Origin: the human T2T-CHM13v2.0 reference genome, Homo sapiens
DNA: 64,000 nt
Strand: one strand, 5' to 3'
Assembly (NCBI RefSeq): GCF_009914755.1
Contig: NC_060925.1
Shown in pieces: positions 45,371 through 61,102 of this stretch. A model generated the notes under the pieces. That model was not told where the DNA came from. It searched no databases and saw only the letters and a list, made by a program, of their open reading frames with translations. The translations under genes were made by a program, and so were the position numbers. Position 1 is the first letter of the stretch. Each line of letters starts with the position of its first letter.

Positions 45371-47799
45371 TGCGGTGGTCATGATTCTTCTTCCACTAAC
45401 GTGGTTCCATAAAAATATCACAGCTATCCCTTTAAATCAAGTTCAATCTGAATGTATGACCCTATCCTGCTGAGCAAGCAAAAAATTGCATCTCAGTCAT
45501 TTTTTAGACTCTTTACCCCTACACCAGTAAGGGTCATATAATAGCCACGGAGATTTCACGTAGCAACATGGTATCTGACCATCTGAACACACATTTTTCT
45601 GAAATGCGCTTTACCCAATCTGAGAATCACTCTACAGTTGAGAATTCCATTGTTTCCGTTTGACGTGGGGCACAGAATATTTTGCTACATCTGGAAGCAA
45701 TCAGACTCAGACTCCAAACTCCCTGTATGCACCCTTTCCAGATACTGGGAAATTTCCTTAGGGCTGACTTAAAGAGAAAAGAATCCCCCCCGCCCACCAT
45801 AATCCAATCATAGAACTCAAGAAAAATTTGAAAAATCAAGATGGGATGATTGGTTGTTTGCGATCAGAGTTTGATTTCAGTTTTGCATGACAAACTTCCC
45901 CTGAGTAGAGAGACAGCTTAACATATCCTGGTACCTTCCTGAAACTGGGAGTGAAAACACACAGGTTATATGACTCAAAATATGTTAATTCAAGCAAAAT
46001 GGTAAGTTATAATTTGCCTGAGATCTATGCTTGTATGGTCCTTATCTGTTCAAAGTCAGCTGAGTGGCAAATAGTAGTTATGGTCAAAAAATTAATACAC
46101 TTGTGATTAATGAATGAAACGCAATAAAACAAAAGACAAAAAGCCTATATCAAAGAGGCTTTATTCTTTATTTGTTTTGCTTTTATGAAAATGTACCACA
46201 TAAGAGGTATGGGCATAATGATAAAAAGTATATTCTCATGCTTGGCATCATGAAAACTAGATATATAGATAATATTGTTTCATGGGTTGTTTGTACCTTT
46301 TTTTCCTTTTCCTTTTTTTGTATTGCATTACTACACAGTTAACAGGTTTAAAGTACTATTATTTATTTCATAAAATATACATAAAAGGCACACATCCATA
46401 TTACAAAAAGAATAAAATAAAATATATTTATATCATTTTATTGCCTCTATATTTAGATAGATCACACATTTTGGCATTTTTTGAACTAGAAATGGTTTCC
46501 AAACCTTGGCCTTTAAAAATGTTGAAGATAATATAAGCTTAAGGCATAATTTGTTTTTAAAATATGGTCATTTTTAAAGATTCTTGAATTATTATAAAAC
46601 TATCTTGAGAAAATACTTCACAACCTAATTTACCATCACATAATATAAAGAATATCATTAAAAATATTATTAGTTTGCCCTTCACAATGTAAGTGCTATA
46701 ATATTTCAAATTGTGTTGTCATATTTTTCTGATGTGACTATTTATGTTTGAGACTTAAAATATGTCCATAGAGGGAGAAGGAATTTAAATAGTCCATAAT
46801 CTCTTAGCCCTGAAAAGATGTTTTTAGTCATGTCTATATCTATGGTTGCATTTTCACATTCACGGTGAATTTTCTCCCAAATACAACACTAGATGATTAG
46901 AGGTTTTAGAAAAATAATAACAATAAAATTTTCAGCATAATTAATATCAGATGAATAAAAACGGTCACAGGCATGATAGCTGAAACATAATCTTAAAAAT
47001 GTAAGAGCAGTATCTTTAGAATTTTTTAATTTTAATTGCTTAATTCGGTTTTCAAAAGTATTTTTTTTCTTTTACGTCAAGGTAGTACTTAATGTTTATG
47101 GTCAAATGATCCAATCATGAAGAATAAAACATCCAACTGTTTAAAATGTATTTGGTGCTATTTGCTTGGGATGTAAAATTATAATAAGAACAACATAAAG
47201 CTCCTTTATGGAATTAATTTCTTTAAATTTATAAACCATTTATCAAGAAGAAGACTTGCCTCAGGATAGATAATATATTGAGAAGTTCTGGCTTCAAATT
47301 TTCTGAGAAGGAAACTATGGTTTCAGAATAACAAACAAATAATACACCGTTCAAAGTTAAAAACAGAAAGAGCTAATGTGTGAAAGCGATAACTAATACT
47401 TGACACTTTCTCTGAATAGCATGTGGGACTAGGCTTACAAAGTTTCAGAAATGGAAAGTAATTTGCCAGGTACAAAAGAAAGCAAATGATCCACACATCC
47501 TGTAACTGTAATAATACACAGGGACCAATGATTATTGACTCATTGACTGGCATACAGAACAAACCAAGTAAGTCAAGAAAAAATACTATTTTAAAAATAT
47601 CTTCCAATTCTTTCCTCATTATTTTACAGTTACCTTTATTTTATGATCTCTGTCATTTCTATGGTTTTCTATTGATGAGTTTCTCTTCTTACTATGATTC
47701 CTATTTTGTGGCATTTTACATGTGATTAATTATTAGATGCTGCATCTTTTGAGCTTCTGAAATTTATTCTCTTTCTTTAAAGCTACAAAGTTTATTTTG

Positions 47800-47945
47800 G
47801 TAACCATAAGCCACATTTGATTACTGAACATTAAAATTTGAATTTATATTTTTAAAATTAAATTAAATTAAAAATTGTATTTTTCAGTGACTCTAGTGAC
47901 ATTTTAAGTGCTTAATAACTACATGTTCATGTTTAGACAGTGAAA
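47800..47945. mobile_element. MER3/MER33-like hAT fragment
   Basis: AGCCACATTTG..TACTGAACA...CTAGTGACATTTTAAGTGCTTAATA.CTACATG. Confidence 0.6.
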
Positions 47946-48757
47946 AATAATATTTCCATCAGAGCATAAAATTCAATCAAACATTACTTTAAAGGATCTT
48001 TGTTTCTTTAAAGTAGGCAAATTATTTGCAGACCAATTTAAACTTTTTGAGATGTGATTTTTAGCTTTTTTTTATGGTAGATATACAGAGGTCTTTATTC
48101 TAGGGCAATTTTAGATCTTGTACTAAGCCTTGATCTTTCTGAAATCTTCACAGAAGGCCTCAGGTGTTCAAACAGGTTCTCCACTCTGGCTAGCTGGAAC
48201 TCCCACGCCCCTGAAGCATGTGTGTACTCTGAGACATCTTCAGCTAATGAAAACCTGGGACTTGTTTTTGTCAAGCCTCATAAAACATCACCCTGTAACA
48301 TGTGCAGCTTGGTATTTAGGCCGTGTAAGTGGAGCCCTACGCTGGAATTTTTCTTTGCTCCCTTTTCTCTGTGACTCTGACACACGTACTTTAGTCGCTT
48401 TATTCTCTCCCTGAACTCTCTATCTTCTCAACCAAGCAAACGTACTAAACCCTACTCAGGTTTCCCTCCTTGCAGCACGGTCCTCAAAATGTTTCAATGG
48501 ACAAATCCTGGGCTCTCCTTGTTTGTTTTCCTTCTCCCAGGAATAACTATCCCTCTCTACTTTTATCTGACATATGAAAAGTGTTGATTCAATGCATTTT
48601 TTCAATTTCTAGTCTTTCTGGTGAAATAGCAAATATAGCACATAACCGGTACTATTTGCTAATAATTTGTTCAGGATTTTCTGTCTATGTTTATAAAGAA
48701 TGGTCATTTATTTCCATTTCTTATAGTGTCTTTTGAGTTTTACTCTGTTTACTTGGT

Positions 48758-49578
<821 letters not shown>

Positions 49579-51713
49579 TAGGTTAGGCTGACAACACAAA
49601 ACATATTTGGAAATGTTTCCTCTTCTACTGTTGTTTGAATTTCAAGAAATTGTGTCAAGTAGGCGTTATTTTGTCTCTAAATGCTGGTAGAAGCCACAGT
49701 GAGACAATCAATTCCCAGAGTCACTTTTTGTACAGGTTCTTAATTACAAGTTCAATTTTCTTACGAGATATAATCTGTTGTGATTTTCTATATTTTCTTA
49801 TATCAGTATTGTCAATGGTAATTTGTTTTTCAAAGTATTTTCATCTCCACATTGTCAAGATGCAAAAAAAGTTCATAATAGTCCTGTATTCATAATTACT
49901 CTAGTATCCATATTGAAATCCTGTGTTCTCTTTCATTCCTGATAATGAAAATTTTTATTTTTTTCACTTTTTCCCTTTATCAATTTGGTTAAAGCTTTTG
50001 AAATTGTATCTCTTTTTCAAAGAACTTTTTGTTGTTCTTGTTGTATTGAGGATTTTTTTTGTTTATATATTTTCCTTTTGAAAAAAATTTCTACTTTTAT
50101 TTTAGATTCAGGGGTACACATGCAGGTTTGCTACTTGGGTATATTGTATGATGGTCAGATTTGGGCACAATTGATCCCATCACCCTGGCACAAAGACCTT
50201 TTTTTTTGCTTTTTTTGTTTACACAATTCAATTATGATATGTATTCAGTTGATCTTTTTTTTTACCCTAGTTTGCATTATAGAGTTTTTTGGAGTTGATG
50301 GTTTAACAGAAAAATCATTTATAACAATTATTTTTACAAAATTTGTTTTACCCCTTTCTCTTCTTCTTCTGAGATTAGAATTATATGCATGCTAGAATAC
50401 TTAATATTACTCTTTATGTCAGTAATATTCAACTCATATTTTAAATTTTTCTCTCTTTGTTTCAGTCTGTATAATTTTTATTATATCTTCGAGGTCACTG
50501 TTCCTGCCTTCTGCCCTGTTCAATTTGTTGTTCAGTCTATCCAATAAATATTTGGTTCCCATTGTGGAACTTTTTAGTTTTTAAATTTTCTGTGTGGATT
50601 ATAAGTTTTTCTGATATATTAATATTTCATCTCGTGACACATTATAGCCATATTTCTTGTAAATTTTTAAAAATATTTATAATAGTGCCTTTAAAATCCT
50701 TGTTTTCTGATCCTGACAACTGAGTCACTTGCGGGTCTGCTTCCACTGATTATATAATTTGTTTCTTATGGGCCACCATTTTTTGTACTTATACCTGCCT
50801 CATATATATATTTTTAACCGTATTTTACACCTTGTATATTAGACAATGGACACACACACGTTTGTTTTGTTATGTGTATTATCTAGAACATGCAAGCTCT
50901 TTTTATTGTCTAACAATTAGCGTGAGAGAGGCTGATCCTGTAAATTTTTCCTAGGGTTGGGCTGGTCTGGGGAATAGTTTTATTTAGACTGAGTTTATGT
51001 GTGATTATGCAAAACCTGAACCTTCTGGATCTTCACTACCTTTTTGATCTTGTCAGTCTTTGAGCTGCAAGGGTATTACATTGCTGTTTTAAATATTTTG
51101 GTTTACCTTTGGATTCAATCAGCTCTGGAATCCATGCACTCTGAGAATGTGTAAACTTTTGCTGTTTCTCTCTGCTTTTCAGTCCCTTCACCAGTGCCTC
51201 TTTCTTAGTAAAATTCAGGGAAAATTATTTGATGAAGTGGTGTCTCCTTGCATCTGGGGCTTGTACAGTTAAAATCATCTTCTTAATTCACAGCATTGTA
51301 TAAGAATTAGCTGATTTCTCCTGCTCCCTGCAGTATCTTTCTATCTACAGCCACCTTACACCTTTGTCTGCTCATATTTTGCCTAGGCCCTCCACTTTGG
51401 CATTATGTTCTCCTGTGACAGGCTTATTGATGTCTAAAAGTTAGCTTCTCAAAGCCCCTTTGTATGTATCACTGTTTGATAGCCCAATATCAAAAGTATA
51501 AATTTTTTCTTCTGGGATTTTTCTTATTTTTACCGTGCAAGTCATTTGCTGTCATTGTATATTTTAACAGGAAGTGGAAAGTCCTCTCATAGTGTCTTTA
51601 ACATTATACTCCATCAATCACTGTGACTATAATAGTAATAGGACTTTGTACTTAATTTTAAAATGTTTTAGTTAATGCAAAAAGTTACTGTTGATTTCCA
51701 CAAATTACAAATA

Positions 51714-52014
51714 GGCTGGGTGTGGTGCCTCATGCCTGTAATCTCTCAGTTTCGGAGGCTGAGGCAGGAGGATGGCTTGAGGCCAGGATTTCAAGACCAG
51801 CCTGGGCAACATGGCAAGACCCCACCTCTACAAAAAATTTTTAAAAATTATTTGGGCATGGTGGTATGTTCCTGTAGTCCTTCCTACTCAGGAGGCTTAG
51901 GTGGGAGGATCACCTGAGTCCAGGAATTTGAGGCTGCAGTGAGCTATGATTGTGCCACTGCTCTCCGGCTTGGGTGACATAACGATCCTGTCTCAAAAAG
52001 AAAAAAAAAAAAAA
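51714..52014 (+). mobile_element. AluJ
   Basis: GGAGGATGGCTTGAGGCCAGG; GAGGCTGCAGTGAGCTATGAT. Confidence 0.92.
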
Positions 52015-52612
52015 GACCAAATAAATGTATTTGGATTAAAGTGTTCTTTCCCTGGAAGTCCATGATTCAATCTTTTCAAACTTCATTTACTTACCAGATT
52101 TTGAGTTTCTGGTATATGTATGGCATGATGATAGATTTTGAGGACTCAAGAATAAATAATCAAATGAGTCCATGCTTTTCACTAAATATCAAGAGACATT
52201 TCAGAAAAATAACTATAAAAAACAATAACATATAAAACTAGAATTTACTGTCAACTGGCTGTGAGAATTGAAGAAGAATTTCTGATTAAGATCCATAGAG
52301 CTGAAATGTTAACCTGTGGATTTGATGTGAGGATCACACTTGGCAGTTGATGCTGACACACGCTTTCCTGTCACTCGACACAGAGCAGACTGACTGACGT
52401 GAAAGTCTTTGAAATCATTTGTCTGTCGTGCCATGACTTAGCTTTGGTCACCAACACAGACTCTGTGCTATCATGAAAAAAAAAATGCAGCTATCTTCTA
52501 TTATGTAAAGTTTGCTTTATGGTCAGTATACAATTGCTTTATGAGGTATGATCAGAGAACAATTAATTACTGTAAGCATACTGTTAATTGTCCTGATATT
52601 CCATGTAGGTAA

Positions 52613-53020
<408 letters not shown>

Positions 53021-53658
53021 TAATTCCAACAGAAAATTACTGTGGTAAAGCCATGGACAGGAAGCAGACTGGTACCAGTCCTGTTGGAGACTTCAGATTT
53101 CCAGGTGTTCTATTGGTTGGGAGGGTCAGAAATTGTGATCTTCTATTAGAAGAGCAGTACATCTTAAAGTGACACCCTCCATGGATATTTCAGAATTAGT
53201 GGAAAATGGGGACAAAACAACTTGCTTTATTGCTATAGAGCTGTGAATGTGATTCTGTCGGAAGCCAAGTTTAGAATTTCCAGGAAATTAGTTTTAAATA
53301 AGCAGTTATATATATTTTTGATCATGACACAAAGCTATGAATAAACTAAAAATGTATTATGCATTGACTTTCTTATTCACTTTTTGGTTTGCACTGGGAA
53401 CCACTGAATGCTTGGATCTAAGAGTATGTGAGACAAAAAGTCTAATACTTCTTTTGAAACTCTCCAAAAATCCTTATGCCAGGGTTGGTAATCAGAGTCA
53501 AATTAATGGTGCGGTGTTGACAATCATCAGATCTATAAATAAGTCTCTTTGTACTAAGAGGAGTAAATAAGACATATAAACCTCTTCTTAGCAACAATCA
53601 TAATAACTAAAAATACCTAGGCAGGGGAGAAACACGCAAGAACAGAGGGATGGAATAT

Positions 53659-54049
53659 TGTTTTAGTTTGCTAGGGCTTCCGTTAGCAAAATACCACATA
53701 CTGGGTGGATTAAACAGCAGGAATTAATTTTTCTCACAATTCTGGAGCTAGAAGTCTGAGATCAAGGTGTCGGCAGGGTTGCTTTTCATAAAATCCTCTC
53801 TCCTGGGTTTGCAGGTCGCCATCTTCCTCCAATGTCTTTACGTGATCTTACCTCTGTGTGTGTCTGTGTCTTAATCACCCCTTCTTGAAAGGATACCAGC
53901 GATAGTGGATTAGCACCCTATTCAAACAACCTCATTTTACCTTAATTACCACTTTCAAGGCCCTATCTACAAATACAGTCACATTCTGAGTTACATGGAG
54001 ATAAGTACTTCAGCATACCAATTGGAGGGAAATAATTCATCTTATAACA
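53659..54049 (-). mobile_element. MLT1A/B solo LTR
   Basis: TGTTTTAGTTTGCTAGGGCT...AGAAGTCTGAGATCAAGGTGTCGGCAGGG...ATAACA. Confidence 0.88.
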
Positions 54050-55823
54050 ATTATCTCTTAAAACAATTTAATATATAAATCAGAATAGATGCTCTAATAT
54101 TGACTATTTATAAAAACAACTTTTTATGAAGCCACCTCACACCACTCCTATAAATACACATGATTTTTTGATTCTTTCAAAATTATTTCATATTTAATTT
54201 GGTACGATTTTTAGGCAATAATGTAAATCGAGAGAAATTTATCAAGGCCCTTTTGCAAGATATAATGCAGACGGACATTTTTAGGAAATAAATCTGTAAT
54301 TTATTATTCCCTGTGCAGGAAGCAGAGTTCAACTAGAAGCAAATGAAAGACAATGCAAGATAATCTTACAATATTAATTCACTGTAAGCCAAGAGTGGCT
54401 TGATCTGAGATTAGGAGGAATCATATGACATTTGTTGGGTGGCAAGTATGAGGGTGAACACACCTCCAACTTATCCTTCTCCAAGAAATACAGAGCAGAC
54501 AACCTGAGATGGTACTTATTCACAATTGATGTGTGGCAGATAGAGTAATCAATCAGAAGGAGAGACTGATTGTAGCTAGCTATTAATGAGGGTAGCCATG
54601 TGGGAATAGCGTAGCTTCAGCCAGATCTGAAATCTTGCCTTGGATTCTGCTAGCTTGTAAGAAGAACCACAAATATATATACTTTCCTTTTCCTTATCTA
54701 AAAATATTTCAAACAGGTCCGGACATCTCTGAGAGAAATCTTAATAGTATTCTGAAATAGGTTCAATCTTATATAAGAATTTGATATGATAAATGTGAAA
54801 TATTTTACATTAGTGGAGATACAATGGACTTTGGGAGAATGTGCAGAGAGACTGAAAGGAGTAAGATTGCCATTTCAATAAAGAAAAGTATAATTTATTA
54901 ATATTATAGGAACTTGAGATGTAGTTATGTTGCAGGAGTTCTGGGCATGTACTCAGAGGCTTTAACATTTTCAACGATTTGCCTTGCGTGCTACACATTA
55001 TCTTCTTAAAGTAACAGGGCTTGTGACTTTGAGTGAGCAGCCATTTACGTGGTGACCTTCACAGTCATCCATTTTTACTTCTTACTATTTTCTCAACAAA
55101 TTGCATGACATGATAATGCATTATTGTTTTGGGATCACTTAGAGACTTGGATTTACACAATATAAATAAGTAGCATATTATCTTCAGGCGTTTCAGGATT
55201 TAAATTACATGACTTAGGGCTCTGAGGAGCCCATTAAGGCCTCTTAAGACCATAGAAAAACTTAATTGGATCAGAAACCCCCCATGTGGGTCATTATTGC
55301 TACGTGGATTTCTTCAGAGTCTGAAAAAGTCCTAGGGGAGAAAGACTTTGTTACTATGATAATGTGTAATTTGTAGAATCAGTTGAACCATTTTTCTCTG
55401 TGTTTGTCTTGGAAGAGTCAGTGTCTAAATCCAGTTACACGGAGGGATATAACATGGCCAAAATAATGCCTTCAGATTGTTTCCTGGCTAAAAAGTGTCT
55501 GTCCGTTCCCCTGTTGTTTAATTTCCTTGAGGTGTTCATGTCACATAAATTTGTAGGAGAAAGGTCCTGCTAGCAATGAAGTGAACCTTAACTCAAAATT
55601 AGTATTTAATGTGTGTGTGCATGTATACCAGAATTGGATCAGTAGAATTAATACAAGAAAATATAGATAATTATGCAGACAACTTTCTAGTAGATGAAGA
55701 TTTTCTAAGTATATCTCAAATATAAGCACCATGAAACATGTTTTTAAAAACATTAAAAAGATTTCTCTTTTTGAACATATCATAAAGTGAATATAACAAA
55801 AATGGATTAAAAGATTTATTATA

Positions 55824-56250
<427 letters not shown>

Positions 56251-56546
56251 TTAATCTTTCTGCTATCCACAGATGTAAGAATTAAAGTAATAATGTGAAA
56301 GTGTCTTTCTCTTACTAACTTGGTAAAGATTTTTGTAAAATGTCTAAAAATCTCATGGCAATTATTTACAGAGAAAACACATTTCTTAATTAAAGTGTGA
56401 TTTTTGGAAAATTATTTTGGGGCAAAGTTAATTTCTGCCATTAATATTTTGCATATCACTTCACCTTAAAATATAAATATAGTTTGCACAATACTGTCTA
56501 CCCAGGAGTTGAGACCATGGAGGTTTAAAGAAAGGGAAGAATAAAG

Positions 56547-57855
56547 TACAGTCAATGATAGAAAGCCTATAATGTGAGAAACTTTGGAGGGATTTGATTA
56601 GGATTCCTCTCTTTTAAAGGATACTTTTGAAAAAAACAAAACATTGCAGTTTACAATAGGCACATATGATAATCAACTATTTCAATGGTATTCAGTGTTT
56701 TAGAAAAGACCAAAGGCATGGAAGTGGGGATGCTGTTCTTAATGTCTAACAAAATATCTTAATCATCTTCTCTAATCTTCCACTATTTTCCACACAGGCA
56801 GAAGCTGCTACTTTGTAAATCAATTCCCCATTCCCAGTTCCCCACTACAGAATATTCCCCCCACATGCACCCAGCACAATGTCTTCCACTCAACAGTGCC
56901 TGACAATCTGATTCTTCCTCTCCCATTCCTGCCTTTCCTTTACTTCCACATGGCTCCTCTATTTCCCCTTCACCCTCACTCCCACTCTAGAGCCTCCATT
57001 TGTGCTCCCCACAAAAAACTTTGGAAAGTGTAGTCTGGCCTCTTACTCCAATTATTTTTCTTGGGAAAAAATTTGTCCATTTCCCAGATTCTGCACCAAA
57101 AAGGAAAGTTCAGGTGCTGACAGCCACAAAGCAAAAACCCTTCCTGAAAGGCAGAAAGAAGATAGAAAGACTTCATACTCATTAATCCTTCCTGTCCTTG
57201 CTCTGCTTCAACAGGCACTAGGCACATCTTTTCCTGTGTGCCATGCTGTGGGATTGCATAATCAGGTCAAGGAAGCTACAAGCCCCTACGGGCCATAAAA
57301 ATGTAATGCTCAACAAACACAATGCTAAAGTCTTCTCATTTCCCAAACCACGTATTCTTCCATTTGATTTGCACATGCTTCTTTCAGGAACATTTTTGCT
57401 GAAATTTTTTGGCAGGAAAAGTTAATCTTATGCTCCAAAATGTAAGACAGGAAGTCAGTTGTGGTGCTGTTGGGAAAGGGACATTTGGCCTGAACTGATC
57501 TCAATCAATGCCAGTTTTGGGTGATTCTGGAATCAGTTGATGGGGTCAGTTAGAAAAGAGCAAAACTATTTAATACAGATTTACTTGTCTGTTTGTGGGA
57601 TATCATCTCAAAATTGTAACTGGTGATATGATCTATAGAATTATTTTAAAGATCTTTCAAAAGCAAAACAGTACATGCTTCTGTTGTAGAGATCAAGTGT
57701 AAACACAAACAAGATACACAAAAATCAAAACAAGTGATCTAATATTTCACAAATGGGTACTTAATCCTTGGGATGACATTCCCAGTGATGACATAATACA
57801 TGCTGTCAATGCTATTTCTCCAACAACTTGGGTACAAATAAAGATGATGTGTTCT

Positions 57856-57887
<32 letters not shown>
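56547..57887 (+). pseudogene. L1-mediated retrocopy of a non-repeat polyadenylated sequence (processed 3'-UTR fragment or orphan 3' transduction); parent unknown
   Basis: AATAAA 57837-57842, A30 57858-57887, perfect 20-bp TSD AAAGAAAGGGAAGAATAAAG at 56527-56546 and 57885-57904, TT/AAAG endonuclease site. Confidence 0.85.
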
Positions 57888-57889
<2 letters not shown>

Positions 57890-58110
57890 AAGGGAAGAAT
57901 AAAGAGAAAAAGAAATAGCCCTTTCTTCTGAGCATAGTTAGCTCATGGAAAACCTGAACAGTTAACCATAAATAAAATATTTTTTTGAGAAAAACAAAAC
58001 ATGTGGGCGTGTGTGGTTTGTGTGGGGTGTGTGTGTGCACGCGCATGCAGGCATGTTTCCTATGTTTCTAGGTCACATTTAATTTTGAAATTCGCAATTG
58101 CCAAAATCTT

Positions 58111-58413
58111 TTTTCTTTTTTTTTGAGATGGAGTCTTGCTCTGTCGCCCAGGCTGGAGTTGTAGTGGTGCGATCCTGGCTCACTGCAACCTTGCCTCCTG
58201 GTTCAAGCAATTCTCTTGCCTCAACCTCCCGAGTAGCTAGGACTACAAGTGTGCACCACCGCACCTGGCTAATTTTTGTATTTTTAGTAGAGACGGGGTT
58301 TCACCATGTTGGCCAGACTGGTCTTGAACTCCTTGGCCAGATGATCTTGAACTCCTGGCCACCTGGGCCTCCCAAAGTGCTGGGATTACAGGTGTGAGCC
58401 ACCGCGCCCGGCC
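58111..58413 (-). mobile_element. AluS with internal duplication/deletion
   Basis: TSD CAATTGCCAAAATCTT. Confidence 0.93.
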
Positions 58414-60053
58414 AGACAATTGCCAAAATCTTAATTGCCCTCATGTCCATTCCCTAGGAATGTTAATTTGAATGGTTCAATACTCTGACATGCTTTAAGT
58501 TTCCAAATGTCAGCTGTTTAGCGCAATTTATCTCAATCAGGAGAAAAACAGGGTGCTGTAATTAATTCAGTACCCTGACTGGAGCCTGTTCTTATTTCAA
58601 TATTTAACTTAAAAATGTGGTTATTATCTAATGATCTCCTAGGTAATAGAATTCATTCATAATAAACAAGTAAGAGTTGTCTCATGGTATGAGAAACTGC
58701 TCTTGAAGGAGGATAATGGAATTTAAAAAGGTCATGAAATCTGGTCAGCACTTGACATGCTTAGATGCAGTGCCGATCTCCTCAAACATACTTTTAGCTA
58801 ATCTCAGATGCAGAGTCTGGGGTAGTGAGGGTGATGGGGGTAATATGGAGGAGACCTTGCCTGCCTGCCTGCCTGTCTGTCTATCCACCTACCAACCTAT
58901 CAATCTTCTATCATCTCTCTGTTCATTGTATTCTACTCTTACTCAATTTTGAAAAATTATGCATTTTTTATAGTTGAGTAAGCAGAGTACCTTTGGAAGC
59001 ACAGGAAATAAGGAAAGGGAAGTGAGCGCTAATAAATCGATGGGGAACCAGAAAGATGAGTGTCTGAAATTTGGGATATGTCTTTACTGAAAAACCCTAT
59101 AAATCAATGCAAGCTAAGTGCCTTTCAAACATGCTTCACCATAGTGGAATTCAATACTGAGTTAAAGGGTAATTCTCATAGTTTACACTGATTGACACTT
59201 ATTTAATTGACTTCCATTTCATTAGCTGTTTGTCACATAAGATGCATTACTCTGCAATGTCATTGACATTTAAACATTTGTTAAAATATTATCAATAAGT
59301 TGTTGAGAAAACTTGCTATATTCTTTCAAAAGTTTAATTTTAGATATTTTAATACTTCCTAGTTATAATTGTGTATACTATGTAGAAAGAATAAATTTTA
59401 CTTTGAAAGAAGTATTTATAAAAGATAATATAATCTAGATATCTCTAGAATTCAAGAATTCAAAGATCAAATTAATTTTAAAGTCTATCTAAAAGTTTCT
59501 GGAGAAGACAGGATAACATACCCATTCATTATGAAAAATCAACAAAATGTGTTATAAACTAGTAAAAATAACTGAATATATATTTAAATCCCTATCTAAA
59601 ATAATCTTTCACAGGTGTTCCATTACAGGAATTGGTAATTTGCAATCTACATAATAATGAGACTAAGTACTTAAGGAAATAAATTTACCTGGATTGAAGA
59701 TAAAGTACATTTTCTGAAACACATTTTATTCCTCAAAGAACTTAAAGTTACATTGTTAAAATGCTTAGCTATACATAGGTGAAGAATCAGCAGAAGACTC
59801 ATAATTAATCTAAATCATTTGGTGAGTGAATGCTTTTCTGATTTCAAATCAGCTTTCTTATTTCCACTCCAACTTCTCTGAATTCTAGAACCTGCCAGAA
59901 TCTCTGTGATGTTCAGAGGAAGAGCTGGCACAATAATTTTTACTTCAAGTATGATTTAAATGGTGTGCAATCCTGCTGAGAACAAAAAGGAACTGTGAGA
60001 CTCCTGTAGAGCACTGGACGAGATGCCAGAATGTGATATCCTCACACAGCTTT

Positions 60054-60160
60054 GTGTGTGTGTGTGTGTGTATGTGTGTGTGCATGCATGTGTGTGTGTG
60101 TTTGAGAGTGAGAGAGACAGAAACAGAGAGACAGAGCCTGTGTGTGTGCACATGCACACA
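60054..60160. repeat. Compound (TG)n/(GA)n microsatellite
   Basis: Dinucleotide runs. Confidence 0.9.
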
Positions 60161-61102
60161 CGACTGTTTGCAGTGTAGATAGCTCTTCGATCTATGTAAC
60201 CAAGAACCTATCTCTCAGAATATAGAACTAACATACTTTGAGTATCATCTTTACTTATTTGTACCTCAGTTTAGGTCTGTATGAAATAAGAATTCATCAA
60301 GGGTTGTGTTTTGAGATTTTTCTCCTTCAATTTTCATCTTCTTTCATAAAAGTCTGCTTCAAAATAGATACGTGAATTATCTCTCTGATGTTGGAAGAAA
60401 GTCAAATGTATTCTAACCCTTACCTGTGTGAGTGCTTTTCACACATGGAAAAAAAGAAAAAAAAAAAAACTCCATTATAATAAAATATGCATTTTTTTTC
60501 CTTAGTCTAAATTTGAGATCCATTGAAGTATAAAAGGATCATTGGTTGGCCATGAGTCCAGTAAATTATGAAAAGAGCTTGATCTAAGCCTTATCTTTCC
60601 CTAGCTTGGTATAATTATGCCACTGTATAAGATTATTTAGGTTGTGTGGAAACCCATTAATTCACAGCTTATAAGAGCATGTACATATAGGAAGAAAAAG
60701 AAATTTTATTTTCATAATCTCTAATAATTAGTAGGATCCTTATTTGCCCTTTCATCAGGCCAAAATTCATAGTGGACACTACTTACAAGGAACAAGTGAT
60801 ATGAAATCATAATTAAATAAGACTGTTTTCAAGGTTAATTAATCCTAGTGAGGTTAAGTTCAATAATACTAAAATAAGTCCAGTAATACTAATGAGGCTA
60901 AGTTCAATAAAATCGAAGTAGACAATGAACGAAATCCAAAGATTAATACTAGAAGAAAATAAGAATTTTGAGATCTGTTAAAGTATCTCAATTTGCATCA
61001 GGATATAAGAATAAATATTGCCACTTATATGCATAGGTCTCTAAGGTGAGAATGTCATGAATTGAGTTAGAATTTGATGATGTTTAAATTTCAGTAACAA
61101 AG

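Noticed and set aside
60845-60910. Degenerate 22-bp direct repeat
   Set aside because: Small old tandem duplication with no sign of function
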